A stretch of DNA of 64,000 bases from Octopus vulgaris (lineage: Eukaryota). The stretch covers positions 57,660,001 to 57,724,000 of the forward strand of contig OX597826.1 in NCBI GenBank assembly GCA_951406725.2. Direction: 5' to 3'. Of this stretch, positions 39,594 to 53,389 are shown piece by piece; positions within the stretch are counted from its first letter, which is position 1; the number at the start of each line of letters is the position of its first letter. The notes under the pieces are model-generated. The model saw nothing but the letters and a program-made list of their open reading frames with translations, was not told where the DNA came from and made no database searches. The translations under genes and the position numbers were made by a program.

Positions 39594-39946
39594 AACCATG
39601 TGGTTGGTAAACAAGCTACTTACCACACAGCCACTCCTGAATATAACCACAAACAAATATGTATCATCATCATCATTTAGCATCCAGTTCGTCAGGATCT
39701 GGCAGGTTAGAGGACTGTCAAGTCCCACTGTCTGTTTTGGCATGGTTTCTATGGCTCTGTCTCTCTCTCTCACTCTTTCTCTTAATATATATACATACAG
39801 ACATATTAATGTGTGTTTGATGTCAAGTTATTTAGAGCAAGCAATTTAACATTAAGCTGAAGAATTAATACTTTTAGTAGAGTACATATTTATCAACTTT
39901 TATAAGGAAAAAGTTGACAGTCCATCATTATCATTTAATGTCCATA

Positions 39947-40357
39947 GGCACAGGAGTGGCTGTGTGGTAAGTAGCTTGTTTACCAACCACATGATTTCGG
40001 GTTCAGTCCCACTGCGTGGCACCTTGGGCAAGTGTCTTCTACTATAGCCTCGGGCCGACCAAAGCCTTGTGAGTTGATGTGGTAGACGGAAACTGAAAGA
40101 AGCCCGTCGTATATATGTATATATATATATGCGTGTGTGTGTTTGTGTGTCTGTGTTTGTCCCCCTAGCATTGCTTGACAACCGATGCTGGTGTGTTTAT
40201 GTCCCCATTACTTAGCGGTTCGGCAAAAGAAACTGATAGAATAAGTACAGGGCTTACAAAAGAATAAGTCCCAGGGTCGAGTTGCTCGATTAAAGGTGGT
40301 ACTCCAGCATGGCCGCAGTCAAATGACTGAAACAAGTAAAAGAGTAAAAGAGTAAAG
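39947..40357 (+). mobile_element. Full-length young family A SINE
   Basis: Near-identical to 6082-6489. Confidence 0.92.
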
Positions 40358-41178
40358 AAAGTGACTTTGAAGTTTTGGCTTACCCACCTTCATCATACAA
40401 TTGCTTCCTAAGGTTCTTTTTGTCTCTATAAAGTCTAGGTAAAAAAGTTTTGCATGTGTGCATGCATGCATATATGTTTGTGTGTGCACACTTGCATACC
40501 TATCTATAGCCATTTTCCTATTTACCTTGACATTAATTAATCCTTTAAGTAATTAAAATGATGATGAGCAAATTCTAAATGTTTTTGTACTTAGTGCCAA
40601 TAAAACAAGCTGGTTCAACTGTTTTCTTTCATAACCTGAGGGCAAATAGTGTTGCTGTGTGGTTAAGAAGAGCATTTCTCAACCATTTCGTTTCAAGTTC
40701 ATTCCTTCTATTTGGCACTGTGAGCAATTCTCTTCTCTTATACCCTCAGACTTACCAATGTTCCATGAGCAGAATTTGAAGATGCAAATTGTAAAAAGCC
40801 CCATCTGTGCATGTGTGTTTTCTTTTTGGTGTGTGTGTTTGTTTTCTTTTTGGTTATGTGTGCATGTGCATGCATGTTTGTGCATGTCTTCCTTTTGTTT
40901 TGACATTGTATACTGCATAGACAATGTCACCATCGTATAAACAAATGCATTACATGCATGTATTGCAAAAGCATGTCCAGTCACTGAGCTGTTCATCATT
41001 CAAAAACCCAGTGAGAATAGTATCTCACTTGGAAACAAATGAGGCTTGGTGACAGGAAGGACATCCGGCCATAGAAAAATTGCTTCAATAAGTCTTGACT
41101 AAGGCATTCTGGCATGGAAAAGTGAATGCTAAAACAAGGATTATGATAAGGATGATAATGATGGCATGTGTGCATGTG

Positions 41179-41240
<62 letters not shown>

Positions 41241-43814
41241 TTTATGTGTGTACATGTACCCAAGAGTGCTTGTGCATGAGTAAATATAAATATATGTTTG
41301 TAAGTGGTTCTTTACTGCATTGGATCAATATTTTTACAGAAATCTGTAATATCACATTTCCCAGGTTCTCAAGATTCAGGATTCAGCTGTCCAGATTATT
41401 AATCTAAATGTATAAAAATAATATGTTTTCAGCAAATCCAAATGCTGCGATAGCCAAATTGAGCAAAACTGCAGTCTGTTGTGTGTTTCTGAAATTAATT
41501 GCAATGTAATAATGTTTAGCCAGTGTCTAGGATGAGGCAGGAAGTGTTAAACAACTTGCCTGAAGACAGTAATACCTTCATGGGATATGAATCAATGACA
41601 AATAAGCTGAGAAGCTAAACACCTGACCCATTTGACCATGGTGTCTTTGCTCACCTAGAGAGAGAGAGAGAGAGCGAGGTAAGTGGGGAGGAATAATATA
41701 ACCAAGGAATGACAGAGAGAGAGGAGATATACAACAGAAGTCTAATGGTGGGTGTTGGGTAGAAGAATGAATCAAAACAGGGGACGAAAAATGACAGTAA
41801 AGTAGGACAGCAGAATGAGAACAAGGCGGCAGGATAGGAGTAGAAGAGCAGAACAAGTGTAGTTTAATGACACTAGAGTTACAAATTAGACAATATATTT
41901 ATAGAGAAACAAGAAATAAATATATAAACAGAATGAAACAAATGATTGAGTAAAAATGTGAAATGATGCAAAATTTTAAATTCATAAAGAAGTGGCATTT
42001 TTAATACTTTTACCCACTGAAACTGAGAAGGTAAGCTTTGTTAGCTGTGACTATAAACTGCTATTGATTCCTTGTTACATTGGCAGGGGGATTCCTTAAG
42101 CTCCTTGGCTTTAATTATATTCTTGGCAAAGAACATGAATATCACAATTTCTCATTCCTTTCCTATTAAGAATCTCAAACACCGTGACTATATATGCACC
42201 AAGATTATGTTATATAAGTCTTACAAATAGCAAAGTGTTCTGACTAGCATGAAGAATATATATATATATACAAAAAATATGTTTTTAAGAAATAATTTTT
42301 TTTTATATGATACAGACTTGTGTCTTCAATATTTTTTCTGGTAGAAAGAAAAAACAAAAAAACTAATTTCACAGAATGCAGAGAAAATATGAAGAATAGT
42401 GATTTTTTTACAATGATTTATACAATGGTGTACTTGGAGTGATATGGAGGGAATGGGATGAGAGAAGCAAATAACTAGCCACTTCCTCTGGCCATGAATC
42501 CATTAAGTCAGCCAGTGTTTCAATCAGAGAATCTGCCATTTATATTCAATAAATTCACCCACTCAGAATCATAGGAGATGGTTTCTGAAATTTCCATCCC
42601 AGAACAAATATTGAAAGAAAAAAAAATGGTGTAGGTGGTGGTGGGTCAGAAAGAAAGAAAGAAAGGAAGAAAGGATTTGCTCACAAAGATATGATTTACA
42701 ACAGAAATGTGCATGTGTGCACAAATGATTGGGAGTGGGTTGGCAAAGAATGTTCATGTCCAATAGCTCCTGGCTATGTGGAGTCATGGAACAAATTGAC
42801 CAGTACAAATTACAGACATTGGTCAAGGAGATTATGACAAATGCTGCTAGGATTTTCAGCTGCTAAAATTGTGATTTGTAGGCATGTGAACTAGCAGTAA
42901 GAGAGAGAGAGACAAAGAGAAAGAGAAAGAAAGAATAGCCATTACTAACTATCAGACCAAAGAAAATAAGTAGAGGGGCACTAACTTACCAAGCTAATTT
43001 AGACCCTCTCACCAAGAATCTCCAGCCTCAAGTCAAAGTGTCAGGATGCCAGTTACTAAAACTAACTATTAAATACTGCAAGGTCTCTAATTTCATGACT
43101 CACCTGAGCGATGAAAATTCACAAATAAGCTTTCTACTAAGAATGAAAACCACACAAATGATCACATGGTAAACACATCCACATACATCCACATACATAT
43201 ATATATACACATATGCATGCACATGTACACATACACACACACACTATATTACCACTTTCTTTTATTCCTGGTACAAAGAACATTCAAACATAGATTTTTG
43301 ATTCATTTTCAGATTTAGAGTGAAAGCCAGCCAATTAGCAAAGAGTTATGGTTAGCTTATTCTAGCAATTTGAAATATGTTCCTAAGTGCATGTATGTGA
43401 AATATGTGTGCAAGTGAATGCATATGCATGCATGCATGCTTGTGAGTGTTATGTAGAAAATGGAGAGAACACATTGAAAACAACTTTTTACAGCAGTGCC
43501 ATCAAGATTGTTCACCCACAAGTCTGGATGGCTTAATTTTGGAAAAGGTTTTGTTTTATTTGATTACAAGGTCAGATCCAAGATGATGCAGAACAACCCT
43601 GGCAAATATTAATTTCTCAGTGGTGCAGCAATGAACACAAGCTTAAACATCATTTAAAATACAATCAATTATTGAGTCTGCATCATGTGGACAACAGCTC
43701 GTTAATATATTCGTTTTTATTTTTATTTCACTGACAACATTCTTTGCAATATTGGTGCTCTTCCATTGCTCATTTCAAAGCTATTATTACTACAGAAATT
43801 GCCATCATCGCCGA

Positions 43815-43831
43815 CAATAATAATAATAGTA

Positions 43832-43907
<76 letters not shown>

Positions 43908-43952
43908 CAACAACAACAATAATTTCATAAATAAATTATTATTATTATTATT
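43815..43952. repeat. (AAT)n/(AAC)n/(ATT)n microsatellite
   Basis: Directly visible. Confidence 0.95.
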
Positions 43953-44490
43953 ATTGCAACCATTACTACAATTATTATGAATATTATAGTTGTTGTTGTT
44001 GTTGTTGTTGTTTTACAAAGCCATAATAAAAACAGCTAACATTATTTAATAGAATTCACTTTTTGTTAATTTTAAAAAATATGATAATAATAAAAAAAAA
44101 AAAAGAAAACTAAGAAGCACATAAGAAGACAATATTTTCACTTTAACAGCTTCTCTGATAACTCATTGTGAAAACAAAGCATGTACTATACTATTCACCA
44201 ATTTCAGCTAAAAGAGGGGGAAAAAAAATGCAATATTACGTTTTCGTAGAATTTTTGCACTGAAGAAGAGAAATGAATTCATGACAAATTGAATATTTAT
44301 CAGAAAATGCAGATAATATTTAGACAGGTAATAACTAAACTTAAACTGGATAGTTATCTTCAATAAAATCATTATTTATTCTATGCATATAGAATAATAA
44401 CTCAGTTGAAATTCTGTCATATTAATACCAGTAGTATGATGAATATGGGGCCTACATTCAGCTATGTCCATCTTTATCCTTTGTGATTAA

Positions 44491-44719
44491 TCCTTTGAAA
44501 CCAGCCTGCCTCAGACTACCCAAGGTTCTGTGATATAAACTTCCTGTTTTAAAGTGATCTAAATTAATTCTTCCCATAAAAACTTTTGTCTCACACACTA
44601 GTTTAATGATGATAAAGTTATTTTACTAAATTTTTCAGGATTTCACAATTAATTGAAACAAAGTGGTGTATTTCAACAGGAATCGTTTAACGTCCGTTTT
44701 TCATGTGGTAATAAAAGAG
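44491..44719. mobile_element. Family D MITE containing a ~24-bp E-tail insert
   Basis: TTAA at 44487-90 and 44720-23. The body is homologous to 5319-5539, and 'atcgtttaacgtccgtttttcatg' near the right end matches the family E 3' end. Confidence 0.65.
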
Positions 44720-44972
44720 TTAATCAAGATGGCAGAAAGACGAAGGAGTTGCAATCATCATCATCATCATCATCATCATTTAACTTAAGGTACCAAGTGA
44801 CAGATTAAGCCGACCACCACTTGTTCTTATTTGTTCCTGTTAGGAATTATACTCAAAATATGACAAGGACATAACTAAATATTGGTTTTAAATTTTGGCA
44901 CAATGCCAGTAATTTTGAGAAAGGGAGTTAGTCAATTACATCAACCCCAGTGATTGACTGGTACTTATTTTA

Positions 44973-45270
44973 TCATCATCATCATCATCATCATCGTTTA
45001 ACATCCGTTTTCCATGCTAGCATGGGTTGGACGGTTCAACTGGGGTCTAGGAAGCCAGAAGGCTGCACCAGGCTCCAGTCTGATGTGGCAGTGTTTCAAC
45101 AGCTGGATGCCCTTCCTAACGCCAACCACTCCATGAGTGTAGTGGGTGCTTTTTACATGCCACCTGCACAGGTGCCAGACGAGGCTGGCAAACGGCCACG
45201 ATCAGATGGTGCTTTTTACATGCCACCGGCACGGGGGAAAGATGAGGCTGGCAATGGCCACAATCGGATG
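44973..45270 (-). mobile_element. Family E retroposon
   Basis: Near-identical to 25431-25727. Confidence 0.88.
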
Positions 45271-45282
45271 GTAGTTATATTA

Positions 45283-45495
45283 AGGTGAGCTGGCAGAATT
45301 GTTAGTGTGCTGGGAAAAATGTTTAGCAGTGTTTCATTTGTCTTTACGTTCAGAGTTCAAACTTCACCGAGGTCCACTTTGCTTTTCATCTTTTCAGGGT
45401 CGATAAAATAAGTACCAGTCAATCACTGGGGGTTGATGTAATTGACTAACTCCCTTTCTCAAAATTACTGGCATTGTGCCAAAATTTAAAACCAA
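45283..45495 (+). mobile_element. B2 SINE, full length
   Basis: ggtgagctggcagaattgttagtgtgctggg head, B box gagttcaaac, and the B core. Confidence 0.82.
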
Positions 45496-46329
45496 TATTT
45501 AGTTATGTCCTTGTCATATTTTGAGTATAATTCCTAACAGGAACAAATAAGAACAAATGGTAGGTGGCTTAATCTGCCACTTGGTACCTTGAGTGCCTTA
45601 GTGGAGTCCACTCTCTTACAAGCATTCCAGGACTCAGGTTTGAGAATACATTTCTCCCTCTCCCTATCACCAGTTTTGGTGAGTTGTAAAGAGTTATACA
45701 TATGGCCTTCCCACTCGATAAAATAAAAAATAAATAAACTAGGATCAATTTATCTACTATACCCCTCCCTAGAAAGTTATAGTTTTATGCTAAGATCATC
45801 ATTTAAATACATTCATTTAAAAACATGCTGCCATGCACCCATCTGGGTTTTTTTTTACTGCTCACTTTATTTAGTCAAATACAGTACAAATATATAACAC
45901 AATATCTTACTATCCAATGTGATAGCACCCTATATGATATTTTACATATTTACTATTCATATTGAAATAAAGTTACATATGTGTTATACACTAAACTTTA
46001 AGCCATGTAGCTTTCTGAAACAGACCTCCAGTTTGAAGATCTGAAAAGGGTTACAGGTACTTCCCTACCGAAAGCTATAAAATAGAAGAGGTCAATAGAG
46101 GTTTTGATAGCCTTAAAAAGGGATTCAACAGACACCATGAGGTAAACCATTAGTGAAAGTGTTTGGAGAAGATCACTGTGAAGACTGCTCACATCTTGCG
46201 AAAAGCTTCACATGTGGAGTAATAATTTTATTAAGACTAGATTGCTTTATTGTGACGCTTATTAAGAAATAGTAATTTTATATATACTGAACTATATACA
46301 ATGAAATGTGAACAACAGTAGCTATAATA

Positions 46330-46520
46330 ATCATCATCATCATCATCGTTTAGCGTCTGCTTTCCATGCTGGCATGGGTTGGACGGTGCAACTGGGGTCT
46401 GGGAAGCCAGAAGGCTGCACCAGGCCCAGTCTGATCTGGCAATGTTTCTACGGCTGGATGCCCTTCCTAACGCCAACCACTCCATGAATGTAGTGGGTGC
46501 TTTTTATGTGCCACCGGCAC
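46330..46520 (-). mobile_element. Family E retroposon, truncated
   Basis: Matches family E and sits in an (AAT)n context. Confidence 0.88.
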
Positions 46521-47719
46521 AATAATAATAATAATGATAATAATAATAATAATAATCATCATCATCATCATCATTATTTGCAATATAGATACATGGTTTG
46601 AAATTTTGGGGGAGGAGTTAGTCAATTATATCAACTTTAGCTTATTTCATCAATCCTAGAAGGATGAAAGGTAAAGTTGACCTCAGCAGGATTTGAACTG
46701 AGAATGAAAAAAGCCAGACCAAGCATTTAGTCCAATACTTTAATGATTCTGCTAATCCACTACCCTAATTATAAATAGTAATAATAAATGTTTCTAATTT
46801 GGGCACAAGGTTAGCTATTCTGAAAGGAAGGAGTTAGTTGTTGACATCAGCCCTAGTACTTGGCTGGTATCTTATTTTATTGATCCCTCAAAGAATGAAG
46901 GTCAAAGTTGATCATGGCAGGATTTGAACTCAGAATGTAAAGAATTGGAACAAACAACACTGTACAGCATTTAGTCTGAAGCTCTAATAATTCTGTGAAT
47001 CAAACTACCTCAGTTATAATAATAATAATAATCATAATAAGGATGTTTGACTCAGGCACAAATCCAAATTCTTCAAGTGAGGGTGCAATTTTCCATAATG
47101 ACAAGTAAGTCAGCATTTATTAATTGACCTCCAGAGAACAAACAAATAAATAAAGAATAAATAAGACAATCCCAAAATGATTTGAACTCAAAATTGCATA
47201 GCACACAACTAAATAATAATGACAGAATATATTTATCGTTCTGTGCAATTATGAAAGCTACAGAATTTTGGAACTTAATTTAAATTGTTTTTTTTATCTC
47301 CTGAGATGATAATAACAATTCGAAAAGTGACAAATATTGATAGATATTTAAATATTAAAATAGTTTGTTTTCTTAATATATATATTTGAAAATTCAATTG
47401 CTTAAACATAACAGACACACAAGTGCATGTATGCACACACATACATGCATGCATGCATACACACACATATGCATGCACACACTTTGTTAAGTTGGCATCA
47501 GCTGCTTTTTTCATATGACAGCAAACTGGAGTTAAGCAAGCTCTGACAAAGATTAATAAATCTGAAACTGTGTAGTTCAATATGTACACCATGTTAATGA
47601 GAACTTGGGACATATTCCCAAGTTCCATTTCTGTTAGCATATATATATTTTTAAATGTAATCTAGTGTACTAAACTGTGTGCACACGTGTGTGTGTGTGT
47701 GTGTGCAAATATAAGAACC

Positions 47720-47900
47720 AAAAGTGCTTCATAAATGTCATGGAGATTATTTCTTTGTTGGAAGATGAAGTCTTGCTCTGATGCTATTTAGAGTACTGTA
47801 TTACTAGTACACTCTTCAAGGCACCTTGTAGAGTGTAAAAATAATGAAAAACTTGTGGTAGCTATGGAGTGGAGCCTCAGCTTCTGGTAAATATGTACAT
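47720..47900 (-). pseudogene. Possible degraded Tc1/mariner (maT/DD37D-like) transposase fragment
   Basis: Minus-strand 'HIYQKLRLHSIA', 'RCLEEC' and 'DFIFQQ' recall the 'LRLN..Y..CLEEVV.PW...YVWQQDSAP' segment of such transposases. Recognised from memory only. Confidence 0.35.
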
Positions 47901-48204
47901 ATACCACATTGTAAAAAATGAGTACATATATCATGTGACAGTTCATAAAAAAAGTGTCCGTTGTTTCCAATCTTCTTTTAAAATATGTCCAGCCATTGAA
48001 AAAATAATTGCGTTGCTAAAAAATAGGCAAGGGTTGATGACAATAAGGGCATCAGAATATTGAAAATTTGCCTCAATGAATTCTATCTGACTCATGCAAC
48101 CATAGAAAAGTAGACATTAAAAGACATTTACAATTACACACAAACAATTACATTTTGAGACAAGTTTCTTTTAGACTTAAAATGAATACATATGTAATTT
48201 AAAA

Positions 48205-48254
48205 AAAAATTTAATTGCCTTTTTGCTATCTATATTTATTTCTTTTAGGTAAGC
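48205..48254 (+). other. Candidate recursive splice site (3' splice site directly followed by a 5' splice site)
   Basis: ttgcctttttgctatctatatttatttcttttAG|GTAAGC, with no other AG for ~70 nt upstream. Confidence 0.35.
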
Positions 48255-50459
48255 TATACTTGTGTCTCCTGAGTTTAGAATAGATACACTGTATTCCTAT
48301 GTGTTGTAAGAGGCAGCTAAAAGGGTTGGCAATAGGAATGGCATCTATCCATAAAATACTGCCACAGAAATACTGTCCAATTCATGCTAGCATGATGATT
48401 TTATGAAGAAAGCCAATTTCTTCTTTGCCTACTACAATCCATATTCTACATACATGCATGTGTAAAAATGATGAGTGTTGATGGTAAATGAAGAAACATG
48501 TAACCGATAACTGAAACAATTTTCCACACTGGCAAAGGCTATAAAATTCTTAGACAAGGGAAGTGAATCGAACCCAAGTATATGACAGGTACTTACTTTA
48601 TCAACCCAGTATTGTTTGAAGCGAGGGTGTAAAAGAAAATAAAAAACTAAATCCTACAAATATGCATCTTGACATTTTGCCGTTTCTGACACTCCTCTAC
48701 TTGAGACGTGACACTCTTGATATAATATATTGTTATGAATATAGCTCTCGACAGAATATTTTCATTTGAAACCACTGTAGTAGTTGCACTGAAAATAATG
48801 ATAATGGTAACATGCAACAATAATGAGTTAATCAAAAATAACAAAATGTGTATGTCAGTAGGTGAATAATAACCGAATATCTATTTACATAGCTTGGTGT
48901 GTGTTTGTCTCTTGATATAGTTGCGTAAGCATTTACCATGTATCTATGAAAGTGACTTACGTGCATGTGTGGCAGGGTATTGTTATATATGCAATCATCA
49001 GGTTACATCATGAATGCAGTGTGTATGACTATCTATGTGTGTATAAGGTTGTGTCTGTACTTCTGTAAATTAGTGTGTGTTTGTGTGTATGTGAGCATGT
49101 ATTACTGTATGCATGTGTGTATTTGAGCGAAAGCACACGCACTTTTTTATGAGTGTGAATTTATATCAGTCTGAGCATGTATGTTTCTGTGCATGCCTGC
49201 ATGTATTTATGTGAGGCTGTGTGTATATGTCTATAAAAGTGACCATCTATGCATCTGTGTATCTTGCCTCAGGTTAGTTCCAATCAATCATAATTATGGT
49301 CAAAGGTTCTCCAGCCTTGACTATCTCATCTTTCATTAAAACACAATGAATTTCAGACTACATCATCCAAAGTGTTCTTCTTATTTTGTAGTTTGAGGAA
49401 AATATAGCTGCTATTTCTAGCAGGCCATGAAACCATGTAGAAGCATTCCCATTGGCTCATATTAGTTATGTAAGTGTGAAAGAGGTCCATAGAAGTGTCT
49501 CCGCTGACAAAAATGCCATGCATAGGGATGTGGAGGAGTCAGTGTGTACATGCATAAGTGTTTGGTTGTTGTAGGTGTGTTTACACATATGTGGTGTGTG
49601 TGTGTGTGTGTGTGTGTATTAGTGACCATATGTGCATAGTATGTGCATGTATATTTCTCTGTATGAGAGCTTGTGTGTATGTATTTTTATGTATACAATT
49701 GAGTGCATGCACACTTTTGTATGTGTACCTGAACATCATTGTATGTGTGCATATTTGTATGAATTTGAGTGTGTGCATATGCAATTATGTTTATATATGT
49801 ATATATATAAATATATATGCATAATATTGCATGTGTATGTGCATGTATATGCATGCAAGGTTCTCTGCATGTGTATGTACATATAAGTGAGAGTATATAT
49901 GCATATGTACACCAGCTTATGTGTCTGCATTCATTTATGTATGCAAGCATGTATAAAGTATGTGTGCATATGTATACAAGCATGTGTGTATACATATATA
50001 CACACACACCTGCATGTGTGTATGTGCAGTGTACATTATGTCCAAATAATAATTTGTGTGTATGGTATGAAAGTGGGGGTGGCCAATAGAGTTAAAGTTA
50101 ATTGCCCTTTAAGTAGGCTTCTAACATAGTTGGTACTGAAGAAAAGTTACCAATAAATGTCATCCATGATCAATATATCAATATCTCTGTCTCCACAACT
50201 CTCTCTTTCTATGTATCAGCATCAACATCATCATCATAGTGTCTGCTTTCCCGCACACATATGGGTCAGACAGAATTCACTCAGGCAAATTTTCTATATC
50301 CATATGCCCTTCCTCTCACCAACTTCCATCTGGTCCCAAGCAAGGTAGGAAATCTCCATGGTTAGATGTGTTTTCATTGAAGGTTGAAAACAAAGGACAT
50401 AGTTTATTTACAACTGTCATAAATGTCAAGACAAGGAGACATACACACACACACACACA

Positions 50460-51195
50460 TCTTTTATCTTTTACTCGTTTCAGTCATTAGACTGCAGCCA
50501 TGCTGGGGCACTGCCTTCTAGAATTTTTAGTCAAATGAATCTACACTAGTTCTTTTATTGTTAAGCCTGGTACATATTCTATTGGTTTCATTTCCTGAAA
50601 CACTAAGTTATTGGAACATAAATGCACCAATATCGGTTGTCAAGTAGTAGTGGGGTATGAACACAGACGCTTATATACACATAGGCGCAGGAGTGGCTGT
50701 GTGGTAAGTAGCTTGCTAACCAGCCACATGGTTCTGGGTTCAGTCCCACTGCCTGGCATCTTGGGCAAATGTCTTCTACTATAGCCCCAGGCTGACCAAT
50801 GCCTTGTGAGTGAATTTGGTAGATGGAAACTGAAAGAAGCCTGTCGTATATATGTATATATATATGTATGTGTATGTATATGTTTGTGTGTCTGTGTTTG
50901 TCCTTCTAGCATTGCTTGTAAAACCGATGCTGGTGTGTTTACGTCCCCGTCACTTAGCGGTTCAGCAAAAGAGACCGATAGAATAAGTACTGGGCTTACA
51001 AAGAATAAGTCCCGGGGTCGATTTGCTCGACTAAAAGGCGGTGCTCCAGCTTGGCCACAGTCGAATGACTGAAACAAGTAAAAGAGTAAAGAGAGTAGGC
51101 TTCATTCAGTTTTCACTAACTAAATCTTCTCACAAGGCTTTGGTTAGCCTAGGACCAAAGAAGAAGATACTTGGCCAAGTTGTCATGTAGTTGGC
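50460..51195 (-). mobile_element. Old family A SINE split by a young antisense family A copy
   Basis: Segments 50460-50680 and 51098-51195 join into a minus-strand family A copy. Confidence 0.75.
50684..51097 (+). mobile_element. Full-length young family A SINE
   Basis: Near-identical to the other young copies. Confidence 0.92.
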
Positions 51196-51291
51196 CTGAT
51201 TCCAAAATAATGGGGTTCCTGGTTCAGTCCCTACCCATCTACATAATCATGCCTGCTTGCATGTGTGTGTATGTGTTCCATAAACTATGTA

Positions 51292-51519
51292 TATTTCTTT
51301 ACTACCCACAAGGGGCTAAACAGAGAGGGAACAAACAAGGACAGACAAACAGATTAAGTCGATTATATCGACCCCAGTGCGAAACTGGTACTTTATTTAT
51401 CGACCCCGAAAGGATGAAAGGCAAAGTCGACCTCAGCGGAATTTGAACCCAGAACATAACAACAGACGAAATACGGCTACGCATTTCGCTCAGCGTGCTA
51501 ACGTTTCTGCCAGCTCGCC
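51292..51519 (-). mobile_element. Young B1 SINE
   Basis: Perfect 14-bp TSD ccataaactatgta at 51278-51291 and 51518-51531. Confidence 0.92.
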
Positions 51520-53389
51520 ATAAACTATGTAGTTGACCCCTTTTCCAAAATTGAGAACTTGTATGAAATACATTGGCCAACACCCTCCCTGCCTTATAAT
51601 CCAGAGAAAAGGGAAGTGTGGTTGTAATGATGGTAGCTGAGATGGGTGCTAACTCTATACTAAGCTTTCAATTCTAAGGGGAGAGCAATGTCATTGCTTA
51701 ATGTTGCTGTTACTGCTGTTTCTGCTAATTGGAATTTCATTTCACTATATTTTAGTTAATTATAAAAGCCTATTTTCTCCGTAGAAGAAAAATAAACACA
51801 AACACATACACTAATATAACACATGCGACATAACTCATCATAAATACACAAACACACATACACACTCTCATATAAAACAGAGCACACTCACAACATCTAT
51901 CATACTCTCAACACATTCCACATATCACTACTACACACCACACACACATATTCTAAAACTTCTCGGAGTGAACAGTGCAGAGAGTGAGGTGGGTGGTAGA
52001 GGATGAGGTGGTGTTAAAACAACATTAACGTAACAAAGTATTTCAGTGCAATTATGCATCACCACCTGCCCACACACCCAAAGGAAAAAGAAAAGAAGGG
52101 TGGATATGGAGAAGGGTATTTTCAACAAGCCATTTCTTAAAGGCAAGATAGTATACAATATTTTATTGTTTGTCTAGAGGTTTTGCTCTCAAACAACCAC
52201 TTGATGATCTGTCAAATGTCAAGTGCATTTTTCCTTTTGCTCAGTAAGGACAAACCCCAAGCGACATAGCACATGGCACATAGACCCCCAGTCTACCAAT
52301 CAAGCAGCTGATCTACTGCCATCGGGTGGGGTGGGGGGAGACCCACAACCATCATTACCTACATGATAACAATGTAGTCAAGTTTCTTCCTGACAAGATG
52401 TTAAACAAAATAAAAAAATTGCTTAATTTTTGTTCTGTTTTTTCAATCAATGAACTTATAATTAGCATCTAAAGAGTCAATAAGGTCAAGTGTTGAAATT
52501 CTATTTGAAAAGAGGTTAAGTGTTTGTAAAGGACTATCACAGAATCTTAGCAGTATAACTTCACCAGGTGGATATCAGACTCTAGAGAGCAATAGTAAGA
52601 AGAAACACTTTTTTTTAAATACTAGGTAATTTTCTGACATTTGACTTCACCTATCTTTAAAGAAAGCTCTCTGTGAATCTGAAATTCTTTATATATATAT
52701 ATATATAAAAAAAAAGCTCTTCTGGCTATACTAATTCAAGACTTCAGTATAAGATATAAGTTTAATTATGGTTGGCAGTAACTCAAGTATATGGATTTCA
52801 AAATGCTTCAGATTTTTAATCAGGAAATCAGAAATAATAATCCTCATACCCGGCTAAAACCAACTTGCTTCAGTAAAGTAGTAATGTACTTGAGAAAAAT
52901 GCATGGAAACTCCTGTGATCCTGCTAACATAATTTATTACACTCCCAGTTTTCAACATCACTATTTTTCTTTCATAATATTTTTTTTAATGTCAAGTCAG
53001 CAATGTGAGCATGTGTGTGTGTGTGTATTATACATTTATGTATACAAACAGAAGAGCATGCAATACATAAAGCAGATTTTAAATTCACTGTAAAACAGTC
53101 AGTGGAATGCACACCATTGTTACTCAGAGTTTCAAGCAATTACTCACACAAGAATGTAAGTGAGATTTTTCAGACAAAATTGAAAAATATGGCAGATGTT
53201 AAGTCCATAGGTTCACTTGGTAAACTTTGCATAACTGAAAAATGTATTCCAAAATTCCAAGATGCTCAAACATCAGAGTGTATAAATAACTGGCTCTGAG
53301 AAAAACTACCTCTAAAAATTCAACTGCATCTTTTACATTGTAATTTCTCTCGAAACTAACCTGAGTTACCTTCCCTTACAGTACACAAG

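Larger units (their letters stand above)
44787..45590. repeat. Long inverted repeat (arms 44787-44974 and 45402-45590)
   Basis: The arms are reverse complements with only a handful of differences. Confidence 0.92.

Noticed and set aside
42980-43110. Strong isolated splice-donor motifs (minus strand GTAAGT ~42988 and CAG|GTGAGT ~43103; plus strand at 1678 and 42031)
   Set aside because: No matching acceptor or convincing reading frame could be tied to them, and such hexamers are expected by chance.
45998-46200. Possible RT remnant ('TNGLPHG/SV' resembling GVPQGS) on the minus strand
   Set aside because: A single short motif that needs a frameshift; insufficient support.
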